Assembly (NCBI GenBank): GCA_951406725.2
Contig: OX597820.1
Location: forward strand, 24,180,001-24,244,000
DNA length: 64,000 nucleotides
Reading direction: 5' to 3'
Source: Octopus vulgaris
Lineage: Eukaryota
This document shows, in pieces, positions 59,929-64,000 of the stretch. Position numbers and translations under genes: made by a program. How positions within the stretch are numbered: position 1 is the first letter of the stretch; every line of letters begins with the position of its first letter. Under the pieces are notes generated by a model, which saw nothing but the letters and a program-made list of their open reading frames with translations, was not told where the DNA came from and did not search any database.

Positions 59929-60169
59929 AATGGAGTTAAACGCAAATGCTATTCAAATCTTTATACTTCCAATGTATGTTTCGAAGAAAACATTGGTATC
60001 ATTCCAGGAGGAATAAAATGATGTAAAACAATGCATTCTTCTCTTTTCTCTGATGAGAAGATTGCATTGTTTTACCTCATTTTATTCCTTCTGGAGTAAT
60101 ACGAATGTTTTCTTCGAAACATATGTCGGAAGTATAAAGATTTGAATAACACCTGCGTTAAACTCCATT
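59929..60169. mobile_element. ~240-bp palindromic element carrying a hammerhead
   Basis: 59929-60043 is the reverse complement of about 60055-60169. Confidence 0.9.
60046..60131 (+). ncRNA. Canonical-core type-I hammerhead ribozyme with extended stem II
   Basis: TTCT-CTGATGA-GAAGA..CATT...AATG..TCTTC-GAAA-CATATG-TC-GGAA. Confidence 0.85.
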
Positions 60170-60224
60170 ATATATATACACACACACGCATAAATACATA
60201 TATATATACGTGTAAATATGTGTA

Positions 60225-60280
<56 letters not shown>

Positions 60281-60310
60281 TATATATACACATAAATACA
60301 TATATACGTA

Positions 60311-61024
60311 TTTTTTTTTCTTTTTTTCCAGTTTCAGCTCAGAGCTGCGGCCATGCTGATGCACCGCCGTTTTGTGCTACACTGTTATTACGACGAACCT
60401 CGTCTAATATGTGGCACTTGGTGAAGAATGTAGTTTGATACAGCTACTCTCATTTGCACCTCTTGCCGTGAGGTAGGTTCATCTGGGACTCTTGACAGGA
60501 AGATGTCCAGCTTTGATTTAAAAACCGCTACATCTACTTTGTGCAAGTTCCTCAGACTCTTTGGGAGAATATTAAAAAGCCGTGGGCCCTTGAAACCCAG
60601 GCTGTTGCAGTAGCTGGTCCTAAAGCGTGATGGCATTGCTGGGATCTATGCAGTGTCGTCCCGTTGTAGCATTGGTGTAGCTTACAATGCCAAAATTTGG
60701 CACAATTCCTTCCAGGATCTTCCAGACATATATTACTGCATACCTCTCCCGTCTTCTTTCCAGGGAGTAGAGTCTTAGCTGTTTTAACCTTTCCCAGTAG
60801 CTGAGCTGTTGCAAAGAGACGATCTTCTTTGTGAATCTTCTCTGGATTGCTTCAAGGTCCGCTGTTAATTTTACACTGGTGGGTGACCATAGCTGTGAGC
60901 AGTAATCCAGGCGACTGAGGACGAATGTCCGCCAGAGGACCATCATGGTTTCCTTATCTCTGGTTCTGAATGTTCTTAGGATCCACCCAGCCAGTCGTCT
61001 GCACTTTGTCGCCGTCCTGGTAGT
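60311..61024 (-). mobile_element. 3' fragment of a second CR1-type LINE family with A-rich tail
   Basis: GWILRTFRTRD..LSRLDYCSQLWSP..YSLERRRERY, then frameshifted GPRLFNILP..FKSKLDIFLSRVPDEP; 5' end abuts (TACA)n. Confidence 0.92.
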
Positions 61025-61377
61025 GTGTCTATGTGTGTATGTGTGTATGTATGTATGTATGTATGTATGTATGTATGTATGTATGTATGTATGTATGTAT
61101 GTATGTATGTATGTATGTACGTAAGTATGTATGTATGTATGTATGTATGTATGTATGTATGTATGTATGTATGTATGTATGTATGTATGTATGTATGTAT
61201 GTATGTATGTATGTATGTATGTATGTATGTATGTATAGAGGTTGTATTCCTGTAATTTGGACAGAAGTACGTCTTCCTTTTCATTCATATTAGCTTTCAA
61301 TGTTGTATACACTTGTAACACTGGAGAAAATCTTTGAACAAATTTAATATTCAAATATTGAAATCTACTCATAACGA

Positions 61378-61460
61378 CTAGTCCAGTCCAGTCCAGTCCA
61401 GACCAACCCAGCCCAGTTCAGCCCAGTCCAGTCCAGTCTAGTCTAGCCCAGTGCAGTCAG
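61378..61460. repeat. (CCAGT)n pentanucleotide repeat
   Basis: Direct reading. Confidence 0.9.
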
Positions 61461-61513
61461 TTTTACTTTACGTGATTTAGTTGTGTGTTGTGGGTGTTGT
61501 AACAGTAATTCTG

Positions 61514-61640
61514 ATGAGATATGGATAACATGAAACATTGATTGAGATTTCTATGCCTATGTCGTCTGCCGCCACCTTTACATATGGTGGCGTTCTTAAG
61601 AAATAATGTCGGATTATTAGTTGCAGCAAAATGAATATCG
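61514..61640 (+). repeat. ~125-bp segment duplicated at about 63280-63404
   Basis: ATGAGATATGGA.AACATGA..CATTGATTGAGA..AAATAATGTCGGATTATT..TTGCAG..AATGAATATCG in both copies. Confidence 0.8.
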
Positions 61641-61717
61641 TACAGATTGTTCAACATTACAGAACGATGTAGCTGAAAAGCCCGACCGTCTTTCTTTTCC
61701 TTTTACAATTAGAAAAT

Positions 61718-61816
<99 letters not shown>

Positions 61817-61889
61817 CATACATATATATATACACACACACATATATATATATATATACACACATATATATACACACATATATATATAC

Positions 61890-61944
<55 letters not shown>

Positions 61945-62516
61945 CATACACACATATATATATATAAACATATATATGCATGTATGTATGTATGTATTTC
62001 CATTTGCTTACTTATGTAACGAAGTTGCTTGTTAGAAAGTATGAATGACTCCATATTAAACTGTTCAAAAGTATAGAATTTCAAGTTTTGCTAATCAACC
62101 AAACGCGTACATATATATGCTTGCATCCTACCCACTACTCAATACATATATGGAGACATATGTGCGTTTGTATGTGTGTGTGTATTTGTGTGTGCGTCTA
62201 TGCAGAATCGTGTCGAGCAGACCATATCCCCCTACACATTATGAAAGTGAGGAAAGAAATAAATTACTAAAGAGAGTTAAGAAAATAAAAGTAGCACACA
62301 TGCACACACACACGCACGCACACACACACACACACGCACTCACACAAAGGCACACGCACATACGCGTATATATATCTTCGGTAATATTCAAAATATAAGG
62401 TAAACTATTCACTCACTCTGTCATGTAATAGATACGCACATACAGATATACAAACTATTAAATATGCATCTATCTATCTGTCTGTCTGTCTGTGTACCTG
62501 CCTGTCTGCCTGTTTC

Positions 62517-62559
<43 letters not shown>

Positions 62560-62572
62560 CTCTATCTCTCTC

Positions 62573-62622
<50 letters not shown>

Positions 62623-62623
62623 A

Positions 62624-62705
<82 letters not shown>

Positions 62706-63507
62706 TTATCTATCTATCTACCTGTGTATCTATCTAACTATCTATTATGTAAGACATGTAAGACGTTTATGGTACGATTTTCATTCGTTTATGTTACTTA
62801 TACTGAAATCTTCTGTAGTATTAATCAAAAGCTGCTGGAGATCTGTTTGAATTCTCAGCACTTCTATCCAACGATATGAATTTTATACCAACTCAACAGA
62901 AGACAAATTACTCTGTATCGTCGCGTTTCTCTCGTTAGAAATATCAGTCAAATTTCCCTTAAATGACACCCTGTCATCTTCAAAATGCAAGTACACATTA
63001 TATAACAGTAGATACGTAATGTCCAAGAAAAAGATGAAGTCTGCATGATTAGAATATATCTGATCCTATTTGCATTCAGGCCTTGCTTGGTACTATATAA
63101 GGACATCAATGTTTGAATATATATTTTTGGTGTTGTTGTTTAGCAACATATCAAAAACTTAGATGTCGTGAACATCCGATCGTTTCTTTCAAATATAGTG
63201 TATTTGGGCCCACGAATCTAATGTATACTTCCGTTGTAAAGGTCGCGTGTTTTAATTTCTGGGCGTAAAAGTAGTTCTTATGAGATATGGACAACATGAG
63301 TCATTGATTGAGACATCTATGTCTACATGTGTGTCGCCATCATTAAGCGAGGTACCGTTATTAAAAAATAATGTCGGATTATTTTTGCAGGAGAATGAAT
63401 ATCGCTGCTATTTTTGGCAGGTCATGTGCAAGCTTAGAAGTGGTCCAGATACTTGTGCGTTTCCAAATATATCAACGCATGTATAAATATACTCTTTTTT
63501 AAAATTC

Positions 63508-63723
63508 TTTCACTTGTTTCAGTCATCAGACTGCGGCCATGCTGGAGCACCGCTTTTAGTCGAACAAATCGACCCCAGGACTTATTCTTTGTAAGCCTAG
63601 TACTTATTCTATCGGTTTCTTTTGCCGAACCGCTAAATTACGGGGACGTAAACACGCCAGCATCGGTTGTCAAGCGATGTTGGGGAGGGGGGGACAAACA
63701 CAGACACACAAACACACACACAC

Positions 63724-63790
<67 letters not shown>

Positions 63791-63920
63791 TAAGACGGGC
63801 TTATTTCAGTTTCCGTCTACCAAATCCACTCACAAGGTTTTGGTTGGCCCGAGTCTATATTAGAAGACACTTGCTCAAGGTGTCACGCCGTGGGACTGAA
63901 CCCGGAACCGTGTGGTTGGT
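63508..63920 (-). mobile_element. SINE family A, 5'-truncated
   Basis: Reverse complement of the family A consensus. Confidence 0.9.
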
Positions 63921-64000
63921 ATGTGTATACATTGTTGTTATTAATCTCCTTGACAGCCTTCACTGAGTGAATCCAATCCAATGTGTTCAAGCCATAGCCA

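Noticed and set aside
61507-61548. CTGATGA..GAAAC hammerhead look-alike
   Set aside because: No UH after stem III, poor stems, and the duplicate at 63280 lacks the motif.

Overview
Eukaryotic, AT-rich DNA saturated with microsatellites ((TA)n, (CA)n, (TATG)n, (TATC)n, (GA)n, (AAT)n, (TAC)n). The SINE content is typical of an octopus genome (inference from recalled sequences). No host gene could be supported, so this is probably intronic or intergenic, and most listed ORFs are translated microsatellites. Protein-coding remnants are all transposon-derived: a young 5'-truncated Tx1/L1-type LINE (411-aa open ORF with zf-RVT) inside (TATC)n, two CR1-type LINE fragments, an RTE fragment, two deleted mariners plus mariner MITEs, and Tigger/pogo, hAT and Gypsy relics. 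There are also non-autonomous Helitron-type elements and about 35 tRNA-derived SINE copies in four families. Three signals stand out. (1) A dispersed set of minimal type-I hammerhead ribozyme motifs (CUGAUGA...GAAA, palindromic stem III, NUH) in short non-coding, often tail-out inverted-repeat elements next to (TA)n, resembling Penelope pLTRs or retrozymes. (2) A 3'-terminal motif and hairpin shared, with compensatory changes, between the main SINE family and CR1-type LINEs. (3) An apparently (TATC)n-targeting Tx1 LINE present in two copies. All calls were made by eye, without database searches, and boundaries of old repeats are approximate.
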